From Octopus bimaculoides (lineage: Eukaryota): DNA of 49,150 nt. This document shows positions 24,166 through 37,725 of this stretch, in pieces; position 1 is the stretch's first letter; the number at the start of each line of letters is the position of its first letter. The position numbers and the translations under genes are program-made. The stretch covers positions 99,018,316 to 99,067,465 of the forward strand of contig NC_068985.1 in assembly GCF_001194135.2 (NCBI RefSeq). The letters are read 5' to 3'. The notes below the pieces were generated by a model. It had not been told where the DNA came from. It worked only from the letters and a program-made list of their open reading frames with translations, and made no database searches.

Positions 24166-25049
24166 TAAATGCTTCCCCGTCATGTTTTTCGTGTCATTTA
24201 TTTAACCATATCGTTACCTTATTTCTTTTGAGTACACTGCCTTTGTTTAAATTAAATTTCAACAACCAATAGCAGTATTTTAATTGAGCTGGTTTTAAGG
24301 TGGCGAGCTGGAGATGCGATGGAGCATTGGAAGAATACTTTGCAATATTTGTTCCGGTTCTAAACGTTCTCAGTTCAAACTCTGCCGAAGTTAGCCTTGT
24401 TTGTTCTTCATCTGGAGCTGCTAAAATAAAGATATCTGTTCAGAACTGGAATCAATGGTTATCCATTAATTTCCGATTGATGGCCATATGCAAAATATAG
24501 TGTTTGGAGCATAAATTAACGGGAAATTTTGATGAAAGTTTATAATTTAGATCAGTTTAAAACAGAAAGTTTGTATCATAAACACAATGGCGGTCTCATG
24601 CGGGTTGGTATCAGAACAGTTAATCACTTTTCTAGTAGGCTGTCTTTTATTAACGTCTATATACCGTTTGTGGTATCTCTGTACTAGATACGTGTTTTAT
24701 GTATGTTATGACGGGTTTGGCCTGTTTTTTTTTCTTATCAGTATTACCTTTGGGATTCGAGGTCTGTGTTGAACATAAAGTTTCACCTTTGTGTCACCTC
24801 TGATATAATAGAAACAGAATTATGAATACATTTTAATTCTTATAAACTTGTTTGAAGCTGTTAATCTCGCATGACTGTATGTCTAAACTTTTGTTGGCTG
24901 TTTAACTGGTGTACAGTGGCTGATGTAATGACACGTCACCCCAGGACGGCTCTAACACAAGTCTCGCGCTCAGTTTCGGCTGACAGCATCTGATATGGGA
25001 TCCTGCCTGACTCTACACAAGGTTAGTGTGAGAAGGAATCCTTATAATA

Positions 25050-25220
25050 AACCAAAAGTGGAACCCTCGAGGCGGTCTGATGTTCGGCTTCATACCTTTC
25101 TAGCAATTCTTGCAGCAAACGGGCACCATACTCATTTTTCTGCATTCCTGTTTGACCAAACAAACGAGGCCGAGAAGGGGAAGTCGCATTTGGGTTCCTT
25201 AGGTCCGCCATTCTTATGCG
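25050..25220 (+). mobile_element. Possible RTE-type LINE 5' region remnant
   Basis: gtggaaccctcgaggcgg...gttcggc...gcattcc...gaggccgagaagggg resembles RTE 5' sequences as recalled; not verified by search. Confidence 0.35.
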
Positions 25221-25604
25221 CTACAAACAAAACTAGGGAGTAAAGTCCGGTGGAGAGTCCCTCAATCGGTCGCGTAATTAGTTGGACTCCCTTTTAAATA
25301 TATCTGCACTGTTTTGGCCTACATTTATAAATTCGAGACGGAGATTATCACAACTAGGAAAACTTAGATATTCAGACCCAGACACCCAGTCCAAGGTTGT
25401 ACTGTGGAGGCTTAGCTTCAGTGTCACGATGTAAAATAATAATAGCAAAACGGGAGGTACATTAACTGAATTAGATATTTCTGAGATTATTTTGGGTTCT
25501 TTCGTTTCTAGTCTGCTGTGGTGTCAATTGATGGTCACGTGTGGAATGTTGTAACTCTGTACTAGATGAATGTTGTCGCTATTTCGTATGGATAAAGCAG
25601 GGAG

Positions 25605-25778
25605 CTGCATTTCGTTCGCCTTTACGTTCTGATGTCAAATTCTACCGAGGTCGACTTTACATTTCATCCTTTCGAGGTCGATAAAATAAGTACCAGTTGA
25701 ACACTGGGGTCAATTTAATCGATTAGTTTCCTCATCCGCAGTCAAATTTCAGGTCTTTTGTCTATAGTAGACAAGACA
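25605..25778 (+). mobile_element. SINE family B (5'-decayed, tail type 2)
   Basis: tacgttctgatgtcaaattctaccgaggtcgactttacatttcatcctttcgaggtcgataaaataagtaccag...aaatttcaggtcttttgtctatagtag. Confidence 0.85.
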
Positions 25779-25795
25779 TTTAGTGCAGTGCTACA

Positions 25796-25999
25796 AAGAC
25801 TCGGTACCGCAACTATATCTCAAGCTTTAAGAAAGCAACTAAGAGACATACAACATCACTGGCGGACTTCCTGTGGAAACTAGAAACAGATAACATCAAC
25901 TATGAAATATCTTGGGCACTTGTGAGGCACGCACAACCATAGAACACACTTTCTAGGAGGTGTAGATTGTGCTCGGAAGAATTTTTGGCAGTGATGAAG
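25796..25999 (+). pseudogene. Penelope-like element GIY-YIG endonuclease C-terminal fragment (one in-frame stop)
   Basis: Translates KTRYRNYISSFKKATKRHTTSLADFLWKLETDNINYEISWALVRHAQP*NTLSRRCRLCSEEFLAVMK, matching the PLE pattern K.RY.NH..SF...T.LS..IW.LK......I.W....RC.LC..E. Confidence 0.8.
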
Positions 26000-26299
26000 G
26001 ATAATAGAGGCACTTCCGATTTTTGATGATTTGTCTTATCTCTTTATAATTGTACGAATGTGTTGTTCGGGTTGCACTTACCCATCGAAGTAATTCTGTT
26101 ATTTCTGAGCTATCTCCGATTTTCTTTCCATGCTACATTCTTTAACTGCATCATGTTATGCTGTTCAACTCCCATGAATTTTCTGTGGCAGTTAGTTTTC
26201 CACTCATAGGCGTTCCAGTTGTGATAATCCAGTATACTATTTTCTGAATTATTATATTTTGTTATTCAGTAAATTCATAAATTATTAACATTACAGGAT

Positions 26300-26495
26300 G
26301 AAGTTTGAAGGCAATCTGGCTGCTATTTCTATCAACTGAAACAATCATGCTGTGGCCATCCCGTAGACTCTGAGGCATCTTTCTTTTCAAATATAGTGTT
26401 TCGGAGATTTTATTTTCTAATGTGTCTTTGAGAGATACGAATTGAGAGATTTGGCTGCTATTTCTCGTAGATCAAGCTATAGGATTGGCTCGCTA
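26300..26495 (-). mobile_element. Two family R head fragments
   Basis: atctggctgctatttcta at about 26314 and gagagatttggctgctatttctcgtag...ttggctcg at about 26444-26492. Confidence 0.6.
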
Positions 26496-29183
26496 GTTTA
26501 TCGTTGTAAATAGCGAAAGAACTAAAATCGACGAGTGATTATTCAACGCTTGTTTAAGATAATTCCTAGCTATGGGCAAGTAACTTCAGTATTCTGTTAA
26601 GTGCCTTGCAAAAGCATTAAAGTCCTTACAGAAAATTCGGTGCGGAATCCCAAAAGCAATTTTTATTAACGGCTTTTATCATTTCGGCAATTATTGCCGC
26701 CAAACTGTTATCGAATATCTTGGGTTCACAATAATTTGTAACTCCCTAATGAGATACCGAGGAGTATACTGATGTCTGTGAATCCTCCGTATGTTGACAT
26801 ATATCGCATCCTTAAATATGAACATACAAAATCAAATGAATATATGCATAAACACATTTGTAAAAACACAAGTAGCTTTGTCAATATTTGAATGGCGACG
26901 ATGACAGTGAGATATCGATAATTAAATAACATTTGGAAATATGAGAGGAAATATTGATATTATATTGTGACAAGTGTGAATGTTTGAGATGACAATGAAT
27001 GTTTGCAAAATTTTGACGTCTGACGGTGTTTATAGCATTAAGCCATTGTCCAAAATTTCTTCCATTCCACTTCACTTACGAATAAATTCGCCAAGTCTAG
27101 CGGCACAAAGCAAACACCTTCAACAATTTGTTATCTTACCTACATACTGACATACACATGCATGCTCAAACCTACACATACGTACTACTTAGAGTCTAAG
27201 TACTTCAAATACAGGCGTGTACTGAACACTTTTATGTTTTTGTATGACATCGTAAGCAAACACTAATACAAACATCTACACCCCACTACACACACTCCTA
27301 CATGCATAATAAATACATTATCACTTCAAGATTGCGTTACAATTTAAGTGTTCCTAACATGAGACGAATGTAGACTTCAATTAAACAATTATCACACATT
27401 AGGAACGAACACAAGTCGTTTATTTCTCTTCTTCCATTATCTCCACTCAAGGATGTTTTTTATTATGATTATTGCTTTGGGAAATATGGCTAGAAGCTTA
27501 CAGAACAGTACAATGGTGGCAAGATGTCACAGTAAGTCACTTAGAATCTCAACCAAAATTTGTGTCTCCCAGCAATCTGATTTGATGCCAGTCTACCAAT
27601 ACATAGTACAGCGTGTTACTGGAATCAATGACAGAACAATAAGGCAACCGGTGGGTGACTAAGCAGAGTGGTTACAACTGTTAAACAACTCGGAAGGTCA
27701 AATGATTTATTTCCACCCACAACATAACCACAAGAGAATGGGTATGGAATATTTAGGTATTGGCTGCAGCTGAAGAACTTTTATAGCATTCCTGAAGGTT
27801 TCGGTTTCGTGCAATGAGAGAAAATGTAAGTGGTGGTAGAAAACCTAATTACCAAAGTATGTTTTTGATGGGACAGCATTGAAACCTTTAATCTCAAGCC
27901 CAGACTCTACTTCATCCGTTAGTATCCTTTCTTTGTCTACTTTCATTCAGTATAGCCTTTGCAGTTATTCTATGTCCTGTTTTTAGTTTACCTTTTTCGC
28001 CTTTCTCGTGATTATTGTTATCGTTTCTTCCTGACTATCAAACATTTCAACGTTATCATTATATTCGAAGACAAAATACAGAACGATGATGTGTATACTT
28101 ATTCTATACGCATACCCGCAGTTTCGAACGTGAATATGCTAGTCGCTGTTGTGTTTCTTCATAGGAAAACTTCTTTGAGAAAAAAGTGTTTATAACACAG
28201 CTCAGTTCATTAGCGTAAGGAGACTCTTGGATATCCAGTGTTTCGGAGTCGTTGAGTCTCGTCAGCCGAAGACGTCCCGGAGTAAAGAATTATTCGAAAG
28301 TTAGTGGCTCTTGTTTATAACTCCAGCAAATAAATAATTGGCCGTTGCGTTCGATATGAACAACAGAATAAACGTTGTGAACAAGTCACCTTGTTTTTGA
28401 TCCACTGAACTCGTTGAAGTTTATTTTGTAAATAGCTCAGTCAGAGAATGGACAATGCCTATGAAACATTTAAGGGTCTCTATTCTCGGAGGGATGAGGG
28501 GAAGTTATCTTTAGATTGAAGACCTCACAAACTGTGGGAGATTTGTTTGTCATTTCTAACAACAATGCCGACTTCCTGCCGACACATAATAAATCACCAC
28601 ATGCACAGTGAACAACGAGAATCATAACGATGTCATGCAAAAAACAAGAGGTTTATATTTTGCGTTTCTGTACACAGATCTGTAAAATAATTAACTACAT
28701 ACACTATAGTTGATTAACTTCATAGCTAGTTGATCGCAATAATTTATGACACAATACACGTGATAAATGGACATAGGTGAAAGAGAAATGATACAATAGT
28801 ACATCTACTTCAACATTCAGATCGTTGGATTCTCGAACACATCTGTATATCAATGTATGTGATAAAATTACGGAGGAACTTTAAATCTTCAAATCTTCAA
28901 TACTTGTTGTTGTATGATAATGTTGTAACTGAATATCGTATTGCTGTAATTGAAACTCAGCATTGTGTAGTGATATTTAAGTTGAAGAAAATGTCAGCAG
29001 GGCTAACAGAAATTGCCAAATAGAAAAATGATGATAATGATGATGACGACAGTGATGATGATGAAGGTACCGATGAGAATAATAGCAATGACAAAGTGAA
29101 TGACAGCCACCTGTCAGCTTTAGGTGGTGGATCAATTGATATAATACATGACGACGTCCACGATGCTATGCTGCTGCTACTGC

Positions 29184-29215
<32 letters not shown>

Positions 29216-29785
29216 ATGATATTGTTGGCAATCTGTTTAGGTTTGGTTGTGAAAATGAGGTTTAATGAAAATACCAACTACTACGATGATATCTAAATAA
29301 ATTTTCGAAAATTATTTATAAAGATATAAAATGGCGACAGCAACAACAATGAATCATATGTCGTAAGAGCATGGCCTTACCGTAAATGACTAAAACAGAA
29401 AGCAGCTTTTGTATGTACATTCCTGAACACATCAACGTATCTTTAAGCTAGACATTCACAATGGATCCCTTCAAAATGAAAGAGCAAGACCGGTTTGAGT
29501 TTGCCTACATTAAGCGTTAGTTTTCCTTCCTTTGAAAAGAAACAAAAGATGACGGAGTACTCTTAGAGTAAACCAGCTGAATTTGAAGAAAGCTTTGGGG
29601 GCCAGAAATGATTACAGAAATTCTAAGATATACTGATCTACATTAAAAAACTTGTCAGTTTGTATTTAATGTAGAAGCCGCTGTTTTAAATCCATCTCCG
29701 CCTTAGTAGATTCAGATAGAGATAAAAAATGTTCTAACTTCTTAGAAACAAAGTCGAGGACGATGAAGATGATGATGACGATGAT

Positions 29786-30680
29786 GTTGCTTTTGTTCTT
29801 AATCCCAGGTAGGCCATAATCAAGCACACGTATAATCAAAGACATTATTGCTTACACCATCCAATCCTTTTTCGTCTTCTTGCCTCGTTTTAAAGAAGTA
29901 TGTAATTTCAGAGAGATTCAGCTGCTATTTCTCGCAGTTTGAGTGACCAAATAAGGGTTACCTCGTGTGGTTCATGTTCTTGTCGTTTAACTTCATGTTG
30001 TCCCTAATTAAACAGATATGTGATGAAAAAAAAACACGTTCCGTCATAACCACTGCATTTCAGAGATTACATTATCCTTTGTAATTTTCCACTATTAAGA
30101 TAGGGTAATTTGGCTGATATTTCTAGCAGACAGAATGACCACGTAAATGCTCCTTTGTTTTTCGACATAAATGACGTTGTTGTTGTTTAACCCCAAGTCA
30201 GCCATGACTGAACTGACCATTGTCTAAGCAGAATCCAAGTTCACGTTGTAACCATGTCAATATATTCCTCCAATGAATCCCTTTAATTTTTAAAGTGGTC
30301 GGTCAGAGGAAGTGGAGCAATGCCTGTGACCCCTCTAAGGGTCTCCATGCTTGGAAGGAAGAAGGGAAGAATTTATCCTCAAACTGGAGACCTTACCAAC
30401 TGAGAAAGATTTGATTGCCATTTCTAGCAACAATGTGGACTACGTCAGAACACTCGTGAATCAAGTAGTGTTAATTAAACCGGCAACGGATTATGTGTCT
30501 CTGGCAAAAACGGAGCCGTTCCCTCCGACAGGCTGCATAACCCGAGATTATGCTCTTATGAAAAGAATATTTTAATCACCGCGACATACTCGTACCTCAA
30601 GACAGTAAAGTGTAATTTGAAGGTGACTTGTTTGCATTTCTAGCAGTTACAATGAGCGCATAGAGGCGTTGTTCTTCATG
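29786..30680 (-). mobile_element. Head-to-tail array of about 4 family R copies
   Basis: Heads at 29909-29973, 30102-30159, about 30400-30460 and about 30618-30676; (TTG)n/ttaac-starting tails at 29786, about 29978 and 30175. Confidence 0.65.
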
Positions 30681-32029
30681 TTGAGACGCGTTACTTGGAA
30701 ACAAAATATTCCTTGACAGAAAGTTTACAATATAGATTATTTAATAAAAATGAAGAATATAAGTTGAAGTATTTTAATACTTTTGGTTAACCCTTGATAT
30801 GAAAAGTTTATATAGGTTGTGTTAGTTTGTTTACTTCATGTTTAGTTTGAAAGGATGTGCAGCAAAGCTTAAATTTGGTGATTTGTCTTACATGTGCAGC
30901 GAACTTGTTAGTTTAATGCGGACAGAGTTTTCAAGTGAGTTGACTCACAGCAGGGCAGTAACTGCCGGCAATTGGCCGATAACTGGACGCATATTTTTTT
31001 TCTAGGAGATTTATGTTAGTTTTCTAAGCTACACCAGTGAGAAGCAAGAAGCGGAAGAAATCCGATTTTCCTCAACTGCTCATATTTCGAGACACTTCGT
31101 CGCCATAGACGAATTTAGGTGACAATGGAAATTCATAAAAATAAATTCTTTTGTCAAATGAAGTTTGGTTCTGTACGTGATAACGGCGTATTTTAAATAT
31201 CTGTCGTAGCTACGATAACTTTATCATCGTAAACAACAGGTTTAAGATTCAGCAGGAAGAAACACACACACAAAATTACTGACACACATAACTGTATACT
31301 TAGTACGTATAATTATTTATTCATAAGCTACGGTGCAGTGGTACCTCAGTAGTTATTGTCGGGTCGAGTCTTGTACTATCATGTAAATGAGGTGTGAAAA
31401 TCATCGCTAGTTACGTTGTTTGCATCAAAGTAACTTTCATCTACTGTTACCGGTAGTTTGGAGGAGAGGCTGACGGAATCTGAAATAATAATAATGATAA
31501 ACCGGTCAGTTAGATCCTCATTCCAAGTAACCGAAAAACACCTCCTGGGTCTAGTTACACTGCGAATCTAAAGATATAATATCATGAGCCAGTATGACTA
31601 TTTAATCATATAATGGTGGTTATTTCTATGAAAAACACAAAGTCAGTTTAGTTTTGGTCGATTAGGGTGGGGTGGAGAAAGCAGTCACTTATATTGACCA
31701 CAGTAAATGACTGGTGTGGTACTTTATGCTATCAACGTTCGAAGACCGAAAATGAAGACACGTAGGCTGGTGGTTAGGGTGTTGCACTCACAATCTCCAG
31801 ATGGTGATTTCGATTCCTGTTTTTGAGTAAAACCCTTCATATCACGTTGCCCCAGTTCACTCTCCTGCGACGCACTAGGGTTCTATTCAGAGGAAATATT
31901 CCTGTGATCTCGGTCACTAATATGCATGAAAACCAGGTAAGCGAACTTATGAGTCCTTGGATCGAGACGGTAGTGTCCAGGGGTTGATGATGATTATGAA
32001 TAACGAAGAGCAAATTTGGCTTCGGTGGA

Positions 32030-32810
32030 GTTTGAAACCACAACGTGAGTGACTGAAAAAACATCGCAAGGTACTTTGCCTGATGTCCTAATAATTCAGC
32101 CATTTCATTGCCGTTGGTACAACAGTAATTAATACGTGCTACTATTGATTTCAAATTTCGGCACAAGGCCAGCAATTTCTGGGAAGGGGCATGTCGATTT
32201 TACCGACCCCAGTGCTTAACTGGTATTCATTTTATCGACTCTGTAAGGATGAAAGGCAAAGTCAACGTCGGCGGAATTTGAACTCAGAACGTAAAGACGG
32301 ACGAAATGCCGCGAAGCTTTTTTTGCCCAGCTTGCTAACGATTCTACCATATCATCGCTTTAAATATGTGCTAGTATTGGTTTCTGATTTGACAGATCCA
32401 GAAATTTTGAAGGAAAGTTTTTAGTCAATATCCGCCAAAATATTTGGCAGATACTTTATTTTATTAACAGGGACAAGGCCTAAAATTTTGGGGAGCAAAA
32501 TAATCGAATACCAGTACTGTATTTTACTCCCTTTGAATGGATGACCTTGGTAAGATCTGAACTCAGAAAGTTAAAGAGCAGGATAAATTCCGCATGGCAT
32601 TTTCCTAAATAAGCAAGGCATTTTCTCCGACGATCAAACCATTCTGTCTACCTGCGCCTTCTTCTCTGAAATTGTTTCTAATACAGGCACAAGGCTTGAA
32701 ATTTCGGAGGAGGCGGCATAGTCAATGACATCGAGGCTAGTACTTGACTGGCTCTATATTTCATCAACCTCGGAAGGATAAAAAGCAAAGCTCACCACAG
32801 CGGGATTTGA
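32030..32810 (-). mobile_element. Cluster of family B SINE copies (tail type 2)
   Basis: ggatgaaaggcaaagtcaacgtcggcggaatttgaactcagaacg at about 32248; further decayed copies at about 32470 and 32680. Confidence 0.8.
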
Positions 32811-33216
32811 AAGCAATAATAATAAATATGATAATAAAAAATAACGGAAAAGTGTTAAACGAAGACAAAAAAAAAAACAACAAACAAAGAGAGAAACGTG
32901 AAGCAAAGCATACAGAGTGGGGATAATAACTTGAAAGATTGCATAAAAGAAGAATAAAGGGGAAAATGAACGTTGTTTCGATATAATGCAAAAATAATGG
33001 TTATTATGGGAAAACATTGATAATAGAGAAATAATGGAAGCTGCTTCCTGTGGGATATACTATGAAAAATAGTGTCAAATAATTTGATCGGGAATTTATA
33101 GCAAATTATTTCCATATTACTTTTGTATCCCTTTAGTCAGTATTGAATATCAGAAGTTGCAGGTAAGAACAAAGATACGTGTGTGTACGTATATATGAGT
33201 TTGTGTGTGTGTGTGC

Positions 33217-33252
<36 letters not shown>

Positions 33253-35218
33253 NNNNNNNNNNNNNNNNNNNNNNNNNNNNNNNNNNNNNNNNNNNNNNNN
33301 NNNNNNNNNNNNNNNNNNNNNNNNNNNNNNNNNNNNNNNNNNNNNNNNNNNNNNNNNNATATATATTAGATACTCATGAGCTTGTGTGTGTATGTATATA
33401 ATATATACATATATATATATATATGTGAGATACACACACACACATATGTGTACGTGTGTGTGTGCGTGCGTGCGTACATGTGTGTGTGTATGTGTGTAAG
33501 GTATGTATATGGATGTGTTTTACAGAAATATATTTATAAAGATAAGCATATATAAAAATTTCGCACACGCACACAAACACACATATATATGCAGGTGGAT
33601 AGATATATAGATAAATAGATAGGTAGATAGATAGATATCTATAGATAGATGAATAGATAGATAAATAGATAACCACAGGTGTATGTGGACACATACTCAA
33701 ATATGTATACTCAGGTATATATAGAGACGAACAGAGAAATAGGGGAGAAAATTAGAAAGCAACTGAGGATATATATATATATGTGTGTGTGTGTGTGTAT
33801 CGCTAGCTTGCAAGTGTGCATATATGTAAATATATATGTGTGTATGTAAATATGTTTGAGCGTGTTTGTACAGCTATCATATAAGTGAGTACATATTTAT
33901 CTGTGTAAGCATATGTGTACGAGAGAGGGGCAAATGTGCATACACACACACACACACATGCATACACAGAAAAGAGAGGGAGAGAGACCCGGTGTGACGG
34001 TGTTGTTACATGATACCAATATTAATAACTATTTTCAACAACTATCAAATTTAGCCAACCATTTTACATACATTGGCCTTCGTAAAAGGGGTAATAATTT
34101 ATTACGTTTTTGTGTGTTTAGCATGGAAGTCATTCCTTTCTCATCTTGACTTTCTCTATTTTTCACACACGCTCTCGCGCTCTCTCTCTCTCTCATTCAC
34201 GCATTCTATCTCTCTTTTACTCTCTATCTCTCACATTTTAAAATGTTTTTCTTCGTTTTTGTTTTGTCTTTTTGCACTTCTTTTATATTTTCTTTCTTTC
34301 TTTTTGCTAAACATTTGTACATTGTGCCATCATGAAAAACGTCGATAAATTGAAAAGTTGTGCAAAGTAATTCGAATGTTCGCTTCAATAGACGATCCAT
34401 TCAGTAGTTGGGTGCCTGAAGCAAAAGTTGACAGTTTTTAGTCAACAGAAATCATGGCTACTTGCTCAATTTTTCGTTCCACTTGAAATGACAATCGATG
34501 AAATAAATGGTTGCTCAAAGCTGCAACACGGAGATGACTTCCGCTGGTTACATATGTCAAGTATTTCTCTATTGCGTTTTCGTATATTGTCCAACGGCCT
34601 TCATGTATTTAGAATGGTTGTGTGTATATGGACGTTTGTATCTATGAACGATTGTATGAATGCGTTTGTGTCGGTTTGTATGCATTAATTTTTATGTGCG
34701 TTTATGTAGATCTGTATATGTGATTCTATTTGTATTACTATGTTTAAAGTTAAGTATGTATATATGTTCATATAGATTTGTGTATATGAGAAAGACAGAG
34801 AGTAAAAACAAACACGTATAAACACACACACACGCACACACATAACAGATACACATATACACACTTATATATTCGCATACCACTTGCGTATAACTATTTA
34901 TGTGCAAGTACGCACGAATTTGTGTGCTGAGGTTCTTCATGTGTATATGTATTTAAATAACTATGTATATGGTTATATGTGTGTATATATGTGTATGTGT
35001 AGGAAAGAGAGGGAGAGAGAGAGGGGGGAGACAGAGAGAGTAGAGACATATAAACGCATACTCAAACAAAAATATTCACATACCATGTAGTACAGTTATT
35101 GTCAATACACAGATATACATCCATTTAGATATGTGTGTGTATCCGAGGCAAAACGTATGTGGATATATGTGTTTCAGCAGTCACGTGTGTAGATATACAG
35201 ACATGTACACACACACAC

Positions 35219-35279
<61 letters not shown>

Positions 35280-36029
35280 GTATGTATGCATGTGTTTATA
35301 GAGATGTATCTCTGCATCTATATACATGCATGCGTTGATATCGCTGTAAATATGTATATATGTGTGGGCGTGTATATGTATGTACTTTATATGTGTGTGC
35401 GCGCGCGTGTGTGTGTGTGTGGTGTGCAATGGAATCATGTAAGGAGGAGAAGGAAAAGGAAGAGTAAGACGAGGAGGACACGAACGAGTGTCGAATCGTG
35501 TCCTGCAAAGACCGCTGCAGGATAAATTTTTCAAAATCGCGTCCTACTAAGGAGAGCGTCTCTAACTGCCGTCTATCTACTCTCAGCGGTGGTTCGCCAC
35601 CTGTTGTCAGTAGTTTACTCTGAACAAATCTAACTAGAGGTGTCTTCCGACTGGCTCTTGTCCACTGCATGTTAAGCGATCACCATCTCAATCAAGTAGT
35701 TTCGTCCTTGTTTCTGTTTCAATTTTTTTGTTATATTTTGCTTTCTCATAATTGATTGGCTTCCCAATATTAGAAAAGTTTTAGGTTGTTACAGTGTGTT
35801 AGATTAAACGTTTTGTATTTGTAGACTTTTATCTTGTTTTGCTTCTTTTTTACGGCCTCTAGGGCGCTATTTTGCCAGTCATTATTCACTAAACAAATTT
35901 TTAATCATTTAACATCTGGAATGTAGTTTAACGTTCACATCTCACCGAGTTATTTACTTTCTCGGTAACCCCAAATGTTTCAGAATGACAATGGGCACGA
36001 ATCGGTTTCAAATTTTTGCACAAGAACAA

Positions 36030-36200
36030 AAAAAATTGAGGGGCGGGGGTAAAGTCTATTGAATTGTGACCAGTCTTCCGACCCCGAAAAGAAAAGAGGA
36101 AATTCGACCTCGGCGGAATTTGAACGCAAGAGGTAAAGATGGACGAAATACCGCTAAGCATTTCCCCAGCGTGCTAACAATTCTGCCAGCTCTCGACTTT
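36030..36200 (-). mobile_element. SINE family B
   Basis: cgacctcggcggaatttgaacgcaagaggtaaagatggacgaaataccgctaagcatt...tgctaacaattctgccagctc. Confidence 0.85.
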
Positions 36201-36529
36201 ACACCCACATAAATCATTGCCGCGTCGCATCGTAGAGTTATCCGGAATGCTTTGGAGAACACTGGTTTAGTGTATGCAGTGTGTTGCTGAGAACATGTTA
36301 ACTGTGTATGCAATTTTGGTTTCTTCTGTTGAAAAAATCTCCTTGAATATATATTTCTTTATTGCCCACAAGGGGCTAAACATAGAGGGGACAAACAAGG
36401 GATTAAGTCAAACTTCTTAACCATTCGGTCAAGCACGAAGCATATTAGGAAGTACAAAAAGCAATGGCATACAGCAGCGCTTTAATGATTTCTATCAACG
36501 ATACAAGGCCATCCATTTTGGATTAAGGC

Positions 36530-36780
36530 TTATACATACATACATACATACATACATACATACATACATACATACATACATACATGCATACATACATACA
36601 TACATAATACATATATACAAGTGTGTGTGTGTGTGCAGAAATGTATATGTATACGTATGAAATATACGTTTATATGTAAATATATTTATATATGCTTCTA
36701 CTACACCCAACGCAAACACAGCAGCCACTACCACCACTACTACAGCCACCACGACTACTATTACCACGTCTATCACCACC

Positions 36781-36848
<68 letters not shown>

Positions 36849-36887
36849 CACGTCCATCACCACCACCACTACTACTACCACGTCCAT

Positions 36888-36947
<60 letters not shown>

Positions 36948-37138
36948 TACTACTACTGCCTGCTGATATATTTGCTTTGTTTTCTGGGAAGTACTTTTTT
37001 TTTCTAACTGCACATCAACGAAGGCATCGATGCTGCGAATGCATTTTAAAATAAAAATAAAAATAAAAAAAGAAACAAAGGTACAAATGAATAAATACAG
37101 TAGCAATTTTAGACAGAAATAACAAACTGAGACCTTTG

Positions 37139-37169
<31 letters not shown>

Positions 37170-37315
37170 TAATAATAATAATAATAATAATGAAAGCAAA
37201 CGAAGCATCTTCAGTGGATACACAATAATACATTACCTCCATGTTTCCATGTCTCATTTCGTTTTGCAGTCCACAACCAGCTTGGAATAATACAGTTATT
37301 TTTGTTAATTAAAAA

Positions 37316-37410
<95 letters not shown>
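36530..37410. repeat. (CATA)n, (CTA/CCA)n, (AAT)n and (GAT)n simple repeats
   Basis: Directly visible. Confidence 0.95.
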
Positions 37411-37659
37411 AATCGAATAGAAATATAATATGATGCAAAAAAAAACAGAAAAGAAAAAGATCGAAAAGAAGATTGACAATAAATAACTAAAAACTCAAAT
37501 TTAAGATGGTGAAAAGTGATTAAGATAAAATAAAATAAAATTTAAAACACCAACAATATCAACGAGAATGACGGAGAAAAATGGAAGATAAAAATAATGT
37601 GATTTTTACATTATTAACCACACTATTTTTGAAAATGTGAGGAAACAATAGCAGAATAA

Positions 37660-37725
37660 TCCAACCAATGAGAGAGCGTTTTCGTGATCACACATTGTGT
37701 TAGAAATAGCAACACAGCCTCCCTC
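37660..37725 (+). mobile_element. Family R head fragment
   Basis: gagagag-cg-ttttcgt-gat-...-tgtta-gaaa-tagca-...-ctccctc. Confidence 0.55.

Noticed and set aside
27453-27662. SKSLRISTKI, resembling an RTE motif
   Set aside because: The flanking conserved motifs (LLYG.E.W) are absent.
30351-30575. 74-aa protein-like ORF
   Set aside because: Overlaps an antisense family R head, so it is repeat-derived.
31040-31200. Minus-strand KRIYFYEF...VYGDE, resembling a mariner N-terminus
   Set aside because: Too short and degenerate, and no terminal inverted repeats were found.
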